64,000 bases of DNA from an uncultured delta proteobacterium. Its GTDB lineage: Bacteria > Myxococcota_A > Polyangia > Fen-1088. Shown one piece after another: positions 62,269 through 64,000 of the stretch; position 1 is the stretch's first letter, and each line of letters begins with the position of its first letter. Location of the stretch: positions 32,001 through 96,000 of the forward strand of contig CAWCMR010000013.1 of assembly GCA_963796685.1 (NCBI GenBank), given 5' to 3'. The translations under genes and the position numbers were made by a program. The notes under the pieces were generated by a model, which saw nothing but the letters and a program-made list of their open reading frames with translations, made no database searches and was not told the DNA's origin.

Positions 62269-64000
62269 ACTTTCATTTCGTTGCCGAACGGATCGGCCAC
62301 GCGAGAGGTGGACCAGCGAAAGATGTTTCCCGATGGTCCTGCGGGATCGGAGAGGCGGGCGGTACTGGTCTCTCCGTAGTAAGTCTTGGTGCCATTCTTG
62401 TCGGTGACGAGCCAGGTAAATGTGTCGGGGGTGGTGCCGAACCGCTGAATCCAGTCGAACGCTCCTTCGACTCGCCTGACGAAGTAGTAGCCGCCGGGCG
62501 GCGCGCCCGAAGGTTGCGTGGGCTGGCCATTCGCGTCCACCATCAGCGTGAGCATCTGACCGTCCAGGAGATAGGTCTCCGTTCCATCATACTTCGGCAC
62601 GCCGAACCGCGTGTCGATCTGGATGGCGGACATCCGCAGATCCCACCCAACGCCAAGCCACCCGTTGCGGCTCTCGCTGCTGTAGGTGATAGCCAGATTT
62701 GGCCGGATCCCTCGCCGCCCTGGCGGCACTTCGATGGGGAAGTAAAGCTCCGCGGTGCCGCGAGAATTAGCTACCGGAGGTTCGATGACGTCGATTCCCG
62801 CCGCCGGATTCGCCACCTTGATGTCCTTCATCGAGGTCGGATTGAGCGACTGCGTTCCAGGACTTTCCGGTGTGGCGATAGTGGCATTGATAAAGTCGGT
62901 GAAGTGTTCGCTGAGCGCCAGCAGCGCGCCCTTACCTTGCGCCAGGAGGCCGACCTGTTGCCATTTCTTCAGGCCTTCGTCGTAGTAGAAGGTTCTTACG
63001 TCAGCTTCGGTATACCCCTGGGGAATGAGTCCCTTGTCGTAGGGCAAGGCCACCTTCACGGGCTTCTTGAACACCATGCCGTGTGGACCGAAGCGGTATG
63101 CCTGCTGGCCAGGGGTTACGTTGGTCATTCCTGGGTCCATGGTGGCTATCTTGTCGGTGGCCAGTGGGCGGATCGAGACGCGCACGTCCCGCTCTACCGC
63201 GCCAGCCGGAATCTCCACCGTCGCATCGGCGAATGACAGTGTTGTGGTCGTCTTTGGACGTGCTACGCCGATGTAAGGCGCACCGCTGTCCTCCATCGGC
63301 TGGTGCATGTGGCCGTCGTCGCCCCTCACCAGGGCGGGTTGTTCCACGCAGCCATCGACGGGAACCGTTCGTCGCACCCGAACGCCGCCGACATAGCGGG
63401 CCTCGACGTTCAACTGGAAGGCGCGCTTGCCTTTGCCTCCTGTTTCGCGGTCCGAGACCTCAAACGACAAGCTGCCATCTCCTGAAATCGCATCCTCCCT
63501 GCGGATACCATTGACGAACAAACTGGCGGGACCCGCTGGATCGATGAAGCCCCGTACGTAAACTCTATGATTCAGGCACTCGCCCGACAGCGGGTAGGTG
63601 ATGTGGATTCTCGGCGCGTCGTCCACGGGAAGCGGGCTCGCGCTGATGGCCAGCTCGGAAATGGCTATGGACTGCTCCTTCCCGGCGGTCAGGGCCAGCC
63701 GCAGCTTCTGGCTGGCCGGCAGGTTGGCCAAGGGAACGCGGTGCCAACCAGAGGCGAAACCGCTGAGATCGATGCTGGCTTTGGCCGAAGTGCGCTTGTC
63801 GCCGGCCCAGATTTGCAACGTTCCCACGCCCGCCTTCGGCAGGCGAAACTCAACTGCCTCGGGCTGGGACGTCGTGGCAAAGGTCCAATCCCGTATATCG
63901 ACTTTCTTGGCATGCGTTCCTTCCCAAACCGAATCATCGCTGCCGTCGAGCAGCGCACGCCAAGCGTCCGGGTCTGCCAGCGTGTTGTGCGAAGGCGGGA
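62269..64000 (-). CDS. Polymorphic toxin, 5' part (open to the window end): ZU5-like + SpvB/TcaC N-terminal domains, interrupted by ISL3
   Basis: Frame open from 63998; VEIPAGAV..FGPHG..FKKPV..LPY (ZU5-like); FPIEVPPGR..PNLAITYSS..NGWLGVGWDL (SpvB); ends in DPFGNE-MKV, in frame with 60944 once the IS is removed. Confidence 0.9.

Overview
High-GC bacterial DNA. The lipoproteins with Gly/Thr-rich linkers, sigma-54 regulation and the kor/sdh gene types suggest Myxococcota (Polyangia-like), which is an inference. From left to right: (1) the end of a nuoG-H-I block; (2) lipid-anchored hydrolases (cutinase/lipase-like, GH11 xylanase), a MITE-like and a REP-like element, a GT-C-type membrane protein, a ferritin-like protein, an RsmB-type methyltransferase and def; (3) a lipoprotein pair made of a TOS1/DUF2401-DUF2403-like protein (a mostly fungal family) and a GH64 beta-1,3-glucanase; (4) an integrase-less integron cassette array with three attC sites, carrying ABM, BrnT-HTH, hypothetical and truncated RelE TA cassettes; (5) a kdp locus with split KdpD, two small peptides, a USP and an NtrC-type activator in place of KdpE, with matching sigma-54 promoters; (6) a CBM6-GH9 lipoprotein, a lipoprotein made almost entirely of RPDGGGFT-type repeats, hypAB, an SDR and TA remnants; (7) a TCA supercluster (icd, Rrf2, gltA, sucCD, kor genes, sdhCAB) followed by TPR, gamma-CA, wrbA, MarR and M32 genes; (8) a giant ZU5-SpvB-FG-GAP-YD/RHS polymorphic toxin gene (>3200 codons, running off the window end) with its immunity gene. 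This toxin gene is split by an ISL3 element whose 8-bp target duplication recreates an in-frame ATG, and it is followed by an 84-bp repeat pair and an 880-bp near-identical orphan copy of its own RHS core. All family assignments come from motif recognition by eye; no database searches were run.
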